A DNA stretch of 64,000 bases from assembly GCA_032718475.1 (NCBI GenBank), contig JAUCBJ010004707.1:1-64000 (forward strand). The letters run 5' to 3'. This document shows positions 10,831 through 24,995 of this stretch, piece by piece; positions within the stretch are counted from its first letter, which is position 1; each line of letters starts with the position of its first letter. The position numbers and the translations under genes are program-made. The DNA comes from Nemertoderma westbladi (Eukaryota > Animalia > Xenacoelomorpha). The notes beneath the pieces are model-generated. The model had not been told where the DNA came from, did no database searches, and saw only the letters and a list, made by a program, of their open reading frames with translations.

Positions 10831-13800
10831 GTGAGTTACAGTCCATAGAAGTTATACGTGAGTTACAGTCCATATTGAGGTTACACGTGAGTTACAGCCC
10901 ATAGAGGTTACACGTGAGTTACAGTCCATAGAGGTTACACGTGAGTTACAGCCCATAGAGGTTACTCGTGAGTTACAGTCCATAGAGGTTACACGTGAGT
11001 TACAGTCCATAGAGGTTACACGTGAGTTACAGTCCATAGAGGTTACACGTGAGTTACAGACCATAGAGGTTACACGTGAGTTACAGTCCATAGAGGTTAT
11101 ACGTGAGTTACAGTCCATATTGAGGTTACACGTGAGTTACAGTCCATAGAGGTTACACGTGAGTTGCAATCCATACAGGTTACACGTGAGTTACAGTCCA
11201 TAGAGGTTACACGTGAGTTACAGCCCATAGAGGTTACACGTGAGTTACAATCCATAGAGGTTACACGTGAGTTACAGTCCATAGAGGTTACTCGTGAGTT
11301 ACAATCCATAGAGGTTACACGTGAGTTACAGTCCATATTGAGGTTACACGTGAGTTGCAATCCATAGAGGTTACACGTGAGTTACAGTCCATATTGAGGT
11401 TACACGTGAGTTACAGTCCATAGAGGTTACTCGTGAGTTACAATCCATAGAGGTTACACGTGAGTTACAGTCCATATTGAGGTTACACGTGAGTTGCAAT
11501 CCATAGAGGTTACACGTGAGTTACACTCCATATTGAGGTTACACGTGAGTTACAGTCCATATTGAGGTTACACGTGAGTTACAGCCCATAGAGGTTACAC
11601 GTGAGTTACAATCCATAGAGGTTACACGTGAGTTACAGCCCATAGAGGTTACACGTGAGTTACAATCCATAGAGGTTACACGTGAGTTACAGTCCATATT
11701 GAGGTTACACGTGAGTTACAGTCCATATTGAGGTTACACGTGAGTTACAGCCCATAGAGGTTACACGTGAGTTACAATCCATAGAGGTTACACGTGAGTT
11801 ACAGCCCATAGAGGTTACACGTGAGTTACAATCCATAGAGGTTACACGTGAGTTACAGTCCATAGAGGTTACACGTGAGTTACAGCCCATAGAGGTTACA
11901 CGTGAGTTACAATCCATAGAGGTTACACGTGAGTTACAGCCCATAGAGGTTACACGTGAGTTACAATCCATAGAGGTTACACGTGAGTTACAGTCCATAG
12001 AGGTTACACGTGAGTTACAGTCCATAGAGGTTACACGTGAGTTACAATCCATAGAGGTTACACGTGAGTTACAGTCCATAGAGGTTACACGTGAGTTACA
12101 GTCCATAGAGGTTACACGTGAGTTACAATCCATAGAGGTTACACGTGAGTTACAGTCCATAGAGGTTACACGTGAGTTACAGTCAATATTGAGGTTACAC
12201 GTGAGTTACAGTCCATATTGAGGTTACACGTGAGTTACAGCCCATAGAGGTTACACGTGAGTTACAGTCCATATTGAGGTTACACGTGAGTTACAGTCCA
12301 TATTGAGGTTACACGTGAGTTACAGCCCATAGAGGTTACACGTGAGTTACAATCCATAGAGGTTACACGTGAGTTACAGTCCATAGAGGTTACACGTGAG
12401 TTACAATCCATAGAGGTTACACGTGAGTTACAGTACATAGAGGTTACACGTGAGTTACAGTCCATATTGAGGTTACACGTGAGTTACAGCCCATAGAGGT
12501 TACACGTGAGTTACAATCCATAGAGGTTACACGTGAGTTACAGTCCATAGAGGTTACACGTGAGTTACAATCCATAGAGGTTACACGTGAGTTACAGTCC
12601 ATAGAGGTTACTCGTGAGTTACAATCCATAGAGGTTACACGTGAGTTACAGTCCATATTGAGGTTACACGTGAGTTGCAATCCATAGAGGTTACACGTGA
12701 GTTACAGTCCATATTGAGGTTACACGTGAGTTACAGTCCATAGAGGTTACTCGTGAGTTACAATCCATAGAGGTTACACGTGAGTTACAGTCCATATTGA
12801 GGTTACACGTGAGTTGCAATCCATAGAGGTTACACGTGAGTTACACTCCATATTGAGGTTACACGTGAGTTACAGTCCATATTGAGGTTACACGTGAGTT
12901 ACAGCCCATAGAGGTTACACGTGAGTTACAATCCATAGAGGTTACACGTGAGTTACAGCCCATAGAGGTTACACGTGAGTTACAATCCATAGAGGTTACA
13001 CGTGAGTTACAGTCCATATTGAGGTTACAGGTGAGTTACAGTCCATATTGAGGTTACACGTGAGTTACAGCCCATAGAGGTTACACGTGAGTTACAATCC
13101 ATAGAGGTTACACGTGAGTTACAGCCCATAGAGGTTACACGTGAGTTACAATCCATAGAGGTTACACGTGAGTTACAGTCCATAGAGGTTACACGTGAGT
13201 TACAGCCCATAGAGGTTACACGTGAGTTACAATCCATAGAGGTTACACGTGAGTTACAGCCCATAGAGGTTACACGTGAGTTACAATCCATAGAGGTTAC
13301 ACGTGAGTTACAGTCCATAGAGGTTACACGTGAGTTACAGTCCATAGAGGTTACACGTGAGTTACAATCCATAGAGGTTACACGTGAGTTACAGTCCATA
13401 GAGGTTACACGTGAGTTACAATCCATAGAGGTTACACGTGAGTTACAGTCCATAGAGGTTACACGTGAGTTACAGTCCATATTGAGGTTACACGTGAGTT
13501 ACAGTCCATATTGAGGTTACACGTGAGTTACAGCCCATAGAGGTTACACGTGAGTTACAATCCATAGAGGTTACACGTGAGTTACAGTCCATAGAGGTTA
13601 CACGTGAGTTACAATCCATAGAGGTTACACGTGAGTTACAGTCCATATTGAGGTTACACGTGAGTTACAGTCCATATTGAGGTTACACGTGAGTTACAGC
13701 CCATAGAGGTTACACGTGAGTTACAATCCATAGAGGTTACACGTGAGTTACAGCCCATAGAGGTTACACGTGAGTTACAGTCCATAGAAGTTATACGTGA

Positions 13801-16800
13801 GTTACAGTCCATATTGAGGTTACACGTGAGTTACAGTCCATAGAAGTTACTCGTGAGTTACAATCCATAGAGGTTACACGTGAGTTACAGTCCATATTGA
13901 GGTTACACGTGAGTTACAGTCCATAGAGGTTACACGTGAGTTGCAATCCATAGAGGTTACACGTGAGTTACAGTCCATATTGAGGTTACACGTGAGTTAC
14001 AGTCCATAGAGGTTACTCGTGAGTTACAATCCATAGAGGTTACACGTGAGTTACAGTCCATATTGAGGTTACACGTGAGTTGCAATCCATAGAGGTTACA
14101 CGTGAGTTACACTCCATATTGAGGTTACACGTGAGTTACAGTCCATATTGAGGTTACACGTGAGTTACAGCCCATAGAGGTTACACGTGAGTTACAATCC
14201 ATAGAGGTTACACGTGAGTTACAGCCCATAGAGGTTACACGTGAGTTACAATCCATAGAGGTTACACGTGAGTTACAGTCCATATTGAGGTTACAGGTGA
14301 GTTACAGTCCATATTGAGGTTACACGTGAGTTACAGCCCATAGAGGTTACACGTGAGTTACAATCCATAAAGGTTACACGTGAGTTACAGCCCATAGAGG
14401 TTACACGTGAGTTACAGTCCATAGAGGTTACACGTGAGTTACAATCCATAGAGGTTACACGTGAGTTACAGTCCATAGAGGTTACACGTGAGTTACAGTC
14501 CATATTGAGGTTACACGTGAGTTACAGTCCATATTGAGGTTACACGTGAGTTACAGCCCATAGAGGTTACACGTGAGTTACAATCCATAGAGGTTACACG
14601 TGAGTTACAGTCCATAGAGGTTACACGTGAGTTACAATCCATAGAGGTTACACGTGAGTTACAGTCCATATTGAGGTTACACGTGAGTTACAGTCCATAT
14701 TGAGGTTACACGTGAGTTACAGCCCATAGAGGTTACACGTGAGTTACAATCCATAGAGGTTACACGTGAGTTACAGCCCATAGAGGTTACACGTGAGTTA
14801 CAGTCCATAGAAGTTATACGTGAGTTACAGTCCATATTGAGGTTACACGTGAGTTACAGTCCATAGAAGTTACTCGTGAGTTACAATCCATAGAGGTTAC
14901 ACGTGAGTTACAGTCCATATTGAGGTTACACGTGAGTTACAGTCCATAGAGGTTACACGTGAGTTGCAATCCATAGAGGTTACACGTGAGTTACAGTCCA
15001 TATTGAGGTTACACGTGAGTTACAGTCCATAGAGGTTACTCGTGAGTTACAATCCATAGAGGTTACACGTGAGTTACAGTCCATATTGAGGTTACACGTG
15101 AGTTGCAATCCATAGAGGTTACACGTGAGTTACACTCCATATTGAGGTTACACGTGAGTTACAGTCCATATTGAGGTTACACGTGAGTTACAGCCCATAG
15201 AGGTTACACGTGAGTTACAATCCATAGAGGTTACACGTGAGTTACAGCCCATAGAGGTTACACGTGAGTTACAATCCATAGAGGTTACACGTGAGTTACA
15301 GTCCATATTGAGGTTACACGTGAGTTACAGTCCATATTGAGGTTACACGTGAGTTACAGCCCATAGAGGTTACACGTGAGTTACAATCCATAGAGGTTAC
15401 ACGTGAGTTACAGCCCATAGAGGTTACACGTGAGTTACAATCCATAGAGGTTACACGTGAGTTACAGTCCATAGAGGTTACACGTGAGTTACAGTCCATA
15501 GAGGTTACACGTGAGTTACAGTCCATAGAGGTTACACGTGAGTTACAGTCCATAGAGGTTACACGTGAGTTACAATCCATAGAGGTTACACGTGAGTTAC
15601 AGTCCATAGAGGTTACACGTGAGTTACAATCCATAGAGGTTACACGTGAGTTACAGTCCATAGAGGTTACACGTGAGTTACAGTCCATATTGAGGTTACA
15701 CGTGAGTTACAGTCCATATTGAGGTTACACGTGAGTTACAGCCCATAGAGGTTACACGTGAGTTACAATCCATAGAGGTTACACGTGAGTTACAGTCCAT
15801 AGAGGTTACACGTGAGTTACAATCCATAGAGGTTACACGTGAGTTACAGTACATAGAGGTTACACGTGAGTTACAGTCCATATTGAGGTTACACGTGAGT
15901 TACAGCCCATAGAGGTTACACGTGAGTTACAATCCATAGAGGTTACACGTGAGTTACAGTCCATAGAGGTTACACGTGAGTTACAATCCATAGAGGTTAC
16001 ACGTGAGTTACAGTCCATAGAGGTTACTCGTGAGTTACAATCCATAGAGGTTACACGTGAGTTACAGTCCATATTGAGGTTACACGTGAGTTGCAATCCA
16101 TAGAGGTTACACGTGAGTTACAGTCCATATTGAGGTTACACGTGAGTTACAGTCCATAGAGGTTACTCGTGAGTTACAATCCATAGAGGTTACACGTGAG
16201 TTACAGTCCATATTTAGGTTACACGTGAGTTGCAATCCATAGAGGTTACACGTGAGTTACACTCCATATTGAGGTTACACGTGAGTTACAGTCCATATTG
16301 AGGTTACACGTGAGTTACAGCCCATAGAGGTTACACGTGAGTTACAATCCATAGAGGTTACACGTGAGTTACAGCCCATAGAGGTTACACGTGAGTTACA
16401 ATCCATAGAGGTTACACGTGAGTTACAGTCCATATTGAGGTTACAGGTGAGTTACAGTCCATATTGAGGTTACACGTGAGTTACAGCCCATAGAGGTTAC
16501 ACGTGAGTTACAATCCATAGAGGTTACACGTGAGTTACAGCCCATAGAGGTTACACGTGAGTTACAATCCATAGAGGTTACACGTGAGTTACAGTCCATA
16601 GAGGTTACACGTGAGTTACAGCCCATAGAGGTTACACGTGAGTTACAATCCATAGAGGTTACACGTGAGTTACAGCCCATAGAGGTTACACGTGAGTTAC
16701 AATCCATAGAGGTTACACGTGAGTTACAGTCCATAGAGGTTACACGTGAGTTACAGTCCATAGAGGTTACACGTGAGTTACAATCCATAGAGGTTACACG

Positions 16801-19800
16801 TGAGTTACAGTCCATAGAGGTTACACGTGAGTTACAATCCATAGAGGTTACACGTGAGTTACAGTCCATAGAGGTTACACGTGAGTTACAGTCCATATTG
16901 AGGTTACACGTGAGTTACAGTCCATATTGAGGTTACACGTGAGTTACAGCCCATAGAGGTTACACGTGAGTTACAATCCATAGAGGTTACACGTGAGTTA
17001 CAGTCCATAGAGGTTACACGTGAGTTACAATCCATAGAGGTTACACGTGAGTTACAGTCCATATTGAGGTTACACGTGAGTTACAGTCCATATTGAGGTT
17101 ACACGTGAGTTACAGCCCATAGAGGTTACACGTGAGTTACAATCCATAGAGGTTACACGTGAGTTACAGCCCATAGAGGTTACACGTGAGTTACAGTCCA
17201 TAGAAGTTATACGTGAGTTACAGTCCATATTGAGGTTACACGTGAGTTACAGTCCATAGAAGTTACTCGTGAGTTACAATCCATAGAGGTTACACGTGAG
17301 TTACAGTCCATATTGAGGTTACACGTGAGTTACAGTCCATAGAGGTTACACGTGAGTTGCAATCCATAGAGGTTACACGTGAGTTACAGTCCATATTGAG
17401 GTTACACGTGAGTTACAGTCCATAGAGGTTACTCGTGAGTTACAATCCATAGAGGTTACACGTGAGTTACAGTCCATATTGAGGTTACACGTGAGTTGCA
17501 ATCCATAGAGGTTACACGTGAGTTACACTCCATATTGAGGTTACACGTGAGTTACAGTCCATATTGAGGTTACACGTGAGTTACAGCCCATAGAGGTTAC
17601 ACGTGAGTTACAATCCATAGAGGTTACACGTGAGTTACAGCCCATAGAGGTTACACGTGAGTTACAATCCATAGAGGTTACACGTGAGTTACAGTCCATA
17701 TTGAGGTTACACGTGAGTTACAGTCCATATTGAGGTTACACGTGAGTTACAGCCCATAGAGGTTACACTTGAGTTACAATCCATAGAGGTTACACGTGAG
17801 TTACAGCCCATAGAGGTTACACGTGAGTTACAATCCATAGAGGTTACACGTGAGTTACAGTCCATAGAGGTTACACGTGAGTTACAGTCCATAGAGGTTA
17901 CACGTGAGTTACAGTCCATAGAGGTTACACGTGAGTTACAGTCCATAGAGGTTACACGTGAGTTTCAATCCATAGAGGTTACACGTGAGTTACAGTCCAT
18001 AGAGGTTACACGTGAGTTACAATCCATAGAGGTTACACGTGAGTTACAGTCCATAGAGGTTACACGTGAGTTACAGTCCATATTGAGGTTACACGTGAGT
18101 TACAGTCCATATTGAGGTTACACGTGAGTTACAGCCCATAGAGGTTACACGTGAGTTACAATCCATAGAGGTTACACGTGAGTTACAGTCCATAGAGGTT
18201 ACACGTGAGTTACAATCCATAGAGGTTACACGTGAGTTACAGTCCATAGAGGTTACACGTGAGTTACAGTCCATATTGAGGTTACACGTGAGTTACAGCC
18301 CATAGAGGTTACACGTGAGTTACAATCCATAGAGGTTACACGTGAGTTACAGTCCATAGAGGTTACACGTGAGTTACAATCCATAGAGGTTACACGTGAG
18401 TTACAGTCCATAGAGGTTACTCGTGAGTTACAATCCATAGAGGTTACACGTGAGTTACAGTCCATATTGAGGTTACACGTGAGTTGCAATCCATAGAGGT
18501 TACACGTGAGTTACAGTCCATATTGAGGTTACACGTGAGTTACAGTCCATAGAGGTTACTCGTGAGTTACAATCCATAGAGGTTACACGTGAGTTACAGT
18601 CCATATTGAGGTTACACGTGAGTTGCAATCCATAGAGGTTACACGTGAGTTACACTCCATATTGAGGTTACACGTGAGTTACAGTCCATATTGAGGTTAC
18701 ACGTGAGTTACAGCCCATAGAGGTTACACGTGAGTTACAATCCATAGAGGTTACACGTGAGTTACAGCCCATAGAGGTTACACGTGAGTTACAATCCATA
18801 GAGGTTACACGTGAGTTACAGTCCATATTGAGGTTACAGGTGAGTTACAGTCCATATTGAGGTTACACGTGAGTTACAGCCCATAGAGGTTACACGTGAG
18901 TTACAATCCATAAAGGTTACACGTGAGTTACAGCCCATAGAGGTTACACGTGAGTTACAATCCATAGAGGTTACACGTGAGTTACAGTCCATAGAGGTTA
19001 CACGTGAGTTACAGCCCATAGAGGTTACACGTGAGTTACAATCCATAGAGGTTACACGTGAGTTACAGTCCATAGAGGTTACACGTGAGTTACAATCCAT
19101 AGAGGTTACACGTGAGTTACAGTCCATAGAGGTTACACGTGAGTTACAGTCCATAGAGGTTACACGTGAGTTACAATCCATACAGGTTACACGTGAGTTA
19201 CAGTCCATAGAGGTTACACGTGAGTTACAGTCAATATTGAGGTTACACGTGAGTTACAGTCCATATTGAGGTTACACGTGAGTTACAGCCCATAGAGGTT
19301 ACACGTGAGTTACAATCCATAGAGGTTACACGTGAGTTACAGTCCATAGAGGTTACACGTGAGTTACAATCCATAGAGGTTACACGTGAGTTACAGTCCA
19401 TAGAGGTTACACGTGAGTTACAGTCCATATTGAGGTTACACGTGAGTTACAGTCCATAGAGGTTACACGTGAGTTACAGTCCATAGAGGTTACACGTGAG
19501 TTACAGTCCATATTGAGGTTACACGTGAGTTACGGTCCATATTGATGTTACACGTGAGTTACAGTCCATATTGAGGTTACACGTGAGTTACAGTCCATAG
19601 AGGTTACACGTGAGTTACAGTCCATAGTGGTTACACGTGAGTTACAGTCCATATTGTGGTTACACTTGAGTTACAATCCATAGAGGTTACACGTCAGTTA
19701 CAGTCCATAGAGGTTACACGTGAGTTACAATCCATAGAGGTTACACGTGAGTTACAGTCCATAGAGGTTACACGTGAGTTACGTCCATATTGAGGTTACA

Positions 19801-22065
19801 CGTGAGTTACAATCCATAGAGGTTACACGTGAGTTACAGTCCATATTGAGGTTACACGTGAGTTACGGTCCATATTGATGTTACACGTGAGTTCCAGTCC
19901 ATATTGAGGTTACACGTGAGTTACAGTCCATAGAGGTTACTCGTGAGTTACAGTCCATATTGAGGTTACACGTGAGTTACGGTCCATATTGATGTTACAC
20001 GTGAGTTCCAGTCCATATTGAGGTTACACGTGAGTTACAGTCCATAGAGGTTACTCGTGAGTTACAGTCCATATTGAGGTTACACGTGAGTTACGGTCCA
20101 TATTGATGTTACACGTGAGTTCCAGTCCATATTGAGGTTACACGTGAGTTACAGTCCATAGAGATTACTCGTGAGTTACAGTCCATAGATGTTACACGTG
20201 AGTTCCAGTCCATATTGAGGTTACACGTGAGTTACAGTCCATAGAGGTTACACGTTAGTTACAGTCCATAGAGGTTACACGTGAGATACAGTCCATATTG
20301 AGGTTACACGTGAGTTACGGTCCATATTGATGTTACACGTGAGTTACAGTCCATATTGAGGTTACACGTGAGTTACAGTCCATAGAGGTTACACGTGAGT
20401 TACAGTCCATAGAGGTTACCCGTGAGTTACAATCCATAGAGGTTACACGTGAGTTACAGTCCATATTGAGGTTACACGTGAGTTACAGTCCATATTGAGG
20501 TTACACGTGAGTTACAGCCCATAGAGGTTACACGTGAGTTACAATCCATAGAGGTTACACGTGAGTTACAGCCCATAGAGGTTACACGTGAGTTACAATC
20601 CATAGAGGTTACACGTGAGTTACAGCCCATAGAGGTTACACGTGAGTTACAATCCATAGAGGTTACACGTGAGTTACAGTCCATAGAGGTTACACGTGAG
20701 TTACAGTCCATAGAGGTTACACGTGAGTTACAATCCATAGAGGTTACACGGGAGTTACAGCCCATAGAGGTTACACGTGAGTTACAATCCATAGAGGTTA
20801 CACGTGAGTTACAGTCCATTGAGGTTACACGTGAGTTACAGTCCATAGAGGTTACACGTGAGTTACAGTCCATAGAGGTTACACGTGAGTTACAGTCCAT
20901 TGAGGTTACACGTGAGTTACAGTCCATAGAGGTTACACGTGAGTTACAGTCCATAGAGGTTACACGTGAGTTACAATCCATAGAGGTTACACGGGAGTTA
21001 CAGCCCATAGAGGTTACACGTGAGTTACAATCCATAGAGGTTACACGTGAGTTACAGCCCATAGAGGTTACACGTGAGTTACAATCCATAGAGGTTACAC
21101 GTGAGTTACAGTCCATAGAGGTTACACGTGAGTTACAGTCCATAGAGGTTACACGTGAGTTACAATCCATAGAGGTTACACGGGAGTTACAGCCCATAGA
21201 GGTTACACGTGAGATACAGTCCATATTGAGGTTACACGTGAGTTACGGTCCATATTGATGTTACACGTGAGTTACAGTCCATATTGAGGTTACACGTGAG
21301 TTACAGTCCATAGAGGTTACACGTGAGTTACAGTCCATAGAGGTTACCCGTGAGTTACAATCCATAGAGGTTACACGTGAGTTACAGTCCATATTGAGGT
21401 TACACGTGAGTTACAGTCCATATTGAGGTTACACGTGAGTTACAGCCCATAGAGGTTACACGTGAGTTACAATCCATAGAGGTTACACGTGAGTTACAGT
21501 CCATAGAGGTTACACGTGAGTTACAGTCCATAGAGGTTACACGTGAGTTACAATCCATAGAGGTTACACGGGAGTTACAGCCCATAGAGGTTACACGTGA
21601 GTTACAATCCATAGAGGTTACACGTGAGTTACAGTCCATTGAGGTTACACGTGAGTTACAGTCCATAGAGGTTACACGTGAGTTACAGTCCATAGAGGTT
21701 ACACGTGAGTTACAGTCCATAGAGGTTACACGTGAGTTACAGTCCATAGAGGTTACACGTGAGTTACAATCCATAGAGGTTACACGGGAGTTACAGCCCA
21801 TAGAGGTTACACGTGAGTTACAATCCATAGAGGTTACACGTGAGTTACAGTCCATTGAGGTTACACGTGAGTTACAATCCATAGAGGTTACACGTGAGTT
21901 ACAGTCCATAGAGGTTACACGTGAGTTACAGTCCATAGAGGTTACACGTGAGTTACAGACCATAGAGGTTACTCGTGAGTTACAGACCATATAGTTTACA
22001 CGTGAGTTACAGTCCATAGAGGTTACACGTGAGTTACAATCCATAGAGGTTACACGTGAGTTACA
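10806..22065. repeat. 27/29-bp minisatellite (GTTACAGTCCATA[TT]GAGGTTACACGTGA)n, ~410 copies, derived from the exon 11 / intron junction
   Basis: Tandem array read directly. The 29-bp unit is identical to the last 25 nt of exon 11 plus GTGA. Confidence 0.98.
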
Positions 22066-22222
22066 TAACTGAGTTTAATAACATTGAATGTACTGTTGTC
22101 GAGTAGTAATTTACAGTATTTTAAATGCAGAGCCGATTAATTATTAGACTTCTGAGTTTACTACTGAATGGCCCCACAACGGTCTTTATTGTGACTCATC
22201 TGTTCATTGAATTATTTTGCAG

Positions 22223-22396
22223 CTAAGAACGAGTTTACCCCCTCGGTTACCGTAGCGACTCCGCCCTGGCCGTATACAACATCCTCCCCAGTTCTTCTCC
22301 CAGAAGACACGCCCAGACTGACCCACTTTGCTACAATGCAGTGCACCGACCAGGACGCCGGCGACGACGGCAATGTCGTCATGGAACTACAAGCAG
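22223..22396 (+). CDS. cadherin gene exon 12
   Basis: ttgcag|(P)KNEFTPSV...LPEDTP...MQCTDQDAGDDGNVVMELQA|gtgcgg; phase 1-1. Confidence 0.9.
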
Positions 22397-23669
22397 GTGC
22401 GGTTACTTTCTCTTAATTTAGTGTTTGGTTGTTTACACCTATTTTATTCTACACAGTATCAGATCACGGGGCGGTGCCTGGAATTTAGCCCCAGGCGATC
22501 TCAGGAATGTCTGAGGTGTAAGAAGTCTGAGGAATCCCACTTTTGGCCGAGTCAGCAAATTGAATGGTTGACCTCAGTCGTTTTTGTTTACTAAGGACGT
22601 ATTTATACGTCCTGTTGTTAATGGCTGCCAATGGGGATGGTAGAAGTTTAGGTTATTCTCGCAGTGTTTATTCATCCCATAGGACAGTATACTTACTACC
22701 CGTTTTACTTAAAACAAGCGCGAAATCGCGCCAAGGTCCTCGTCTACTAACGAATGAAATGTTTCCTTGAATGGCTTACTACCAATCTTACAACAAAAAA
22801 CATTCACCGGAATGAGGGGATTGAACTCGGTACCTGCCAACTGAGCAACTGGGGCCGTATCAATCCTTAATACCAAAACCTAACGTGAAATTAACACCAC
22901 CGACAACAACAACAACAACAACGCAACGGAGTGAATACTAGAGGTCTCGCTACGCGGACCTAAAAAGTGATCTGGAGTTTGGGTTAGAGGTTGGGATGTA
23001 GAATTCAACCAATCAGCGATGAGCTTCTTTTTTTTAGAGAAAGCAGGCGGCTTATTGATTGCAGATTGATTGTACCTTGTACATGGCAGAGGCTTGAAAG
23101 CCCTTGAGAATTCCAACCAATCAGCGTTTATTTCCCTTTCAAGCTTCCACTGTAATTTACTTTGTAAATAAATAAATATAACATTATGACTGAAAAGTGA
23201 AAACCTGGTATTCTTCATAATATTGGTGTACTTCGTAATTGAATTAAAAATATGAATGCATTAAATTAAAAAGATATGGCGCATAAGAATATCATGACAC
23301 CTTTTAAGATAAAAGTCAAATAATTTTAAAATTGTGTCATAACTTCTAGATGATTGGCATTGGCTTAAATGTGTTTTAAAGTTTTCTTAATTTTTAGGTT
23401 CTGGGGGGTTATTTAAAAAAGGGCCTAGTAACTAAAGGGTAAAGGTTAAGACGGTAGGTAGTTTTGACACATTTTATAATTTTTTTCACCAACCTTAGAT
23501 ACCATAATCTCGAATAATGACTTCTGCCTATTAGAATTCATTTTCTCTCATATTTAAATATTTTGTTTGTCTTTTATTCTAATTCAAACAATTAATTTAA
23601 CTATCTTATTTTATTTTATAGACAAATTAATCGTCAGTAATTATTTTATTATTTTATTGTAAATTTCAG

Positions 23670-23860
23670 GAGGCAACTTCAACAAATGGTTTAGTATTCA
23701 TCCCATTACTGGTGCAATAAAGGTTGCCAGACAACTGGATAAAGAAGCGGCTGGCCTCCCGGCCTCCATCACGCTGGTTGCAGACTGCACTGACCAGTCC
23801 GCTGTAGTTGGTAACAGATTGACTGCCGCATCTAACCCATCAGTGGTCGTTCAATTACAG
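23670..23860 (+). CDS. cadherin gene exon 13
   Basis: tttcag|(G)GNFNKWFSIHPITGAIKVARQLDKE...CTDQS...VVVQLQ|gtgggc; phase 1-0. Confidence 0.92.
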
Positions 23861-24410
23861 GTGGGCAATCACCCGATTGTCTCATATTCATAATAGTGCT
23901 TTGTTACCAGAAATAATGTACCGAAACATTGAAATAGATAACATGGAAAAGTTTAAAGAACATAAATCATAAATACAAAACGGTTGTTGATGTCTTCTTG
24001 CATGTCGTCAAGGCGGTCTTTGTTTAATATTAGTGATCTTTAATTTAATAATGTGTAATGCAGCTACAGTACTTATTTATTACAGTAGAAACAAATAGGC
24101 TTTTCTTCCCTATGATTTGAAATAAAATAAATCACCGGGGAACAGGTCTGAAACTTCACTTTAAGTGCGGGATATAAAGTCAAGAATAATTAACTTTTTT
24201 AACAAAAAAAAAATTATATTCACTATTAATTAATTATTAATTATTATTTAATTAATCTAACTATTAATTAATTAAATTAATTCACTGTCAAGGTATATTC
24301 ACTATTATTGGCAAATAACCGGTAAATTGAGGTTATTTATAAATTTTTCATTAAATCGGTATTCTCAATAACCTTCCTAGTACTGTAATATTATTTATAT
24401 ATTTGTTTAG

Positions 24411-24581
24411 GACGTGAACGACAACGCACCAGTCTGTTCCTCACAATATTTCGCTGTTAGCGCGATGGAAGCCGTCAACTTTGCCTCCACCAACACCCCC
24501 GGAATAGCGACAATATCTGGATGTACCGACGCTGATATTACTGGTCCATTCAACTCACTGGTCTACGTCATTACAAAACAA
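24411..24581 (+). CDS. cadherin gene exon 14
   Basis: tttatatatttgtttag|DVNDNAPVCSSQYF...SGCTDADITGPFNSLVYVITKQ|gtcagt; phase 0-0. Confidence 0.9.
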
Positions 24582-24995
24582 GTCAGTGTAACAATAAGTT
24601 AATCATATATATAATTATTCCTAATTACATAATTGATCTTATACTTTTTGTTACATGATGTTAAATGTAGCAAATAACCATCTTGTCTTATAGTCTTCCT
24701 TCGTGCGCACCCTGGTAACAATACTGAAGACAATGGCCGCAGTACTGCAGTTAGCCAACCAGATGTTTTTTATTATTTAGTCTGTCTGTCGCTGTGGCAC
24801 CTTTCGTTTCTGTCCATTTTTTTCACATCTATGTAAAATGTTTTCCTGAAAAAAATCTTTTCACATTATGTTGTTACATCGGTGGGTTTAACTCTTATTG
24901 ACTATCTATATTTTCGGAGGAGTTTCCCGTTATTTACATACATACAGACCTCCATACAGACCTCCACGGTCTTATAAAATATCTTCTCATTTTAG

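Noticed and set aside
10852-22044. Minus-strand (MDCNSRVTS)n ORFs and plus-strand (EVTRELQSI)n
   Set aside because: Products of a 27-bp unit, broken irregularly by 29-bp units. No start or splice context, and the exon frame stops at 10904.
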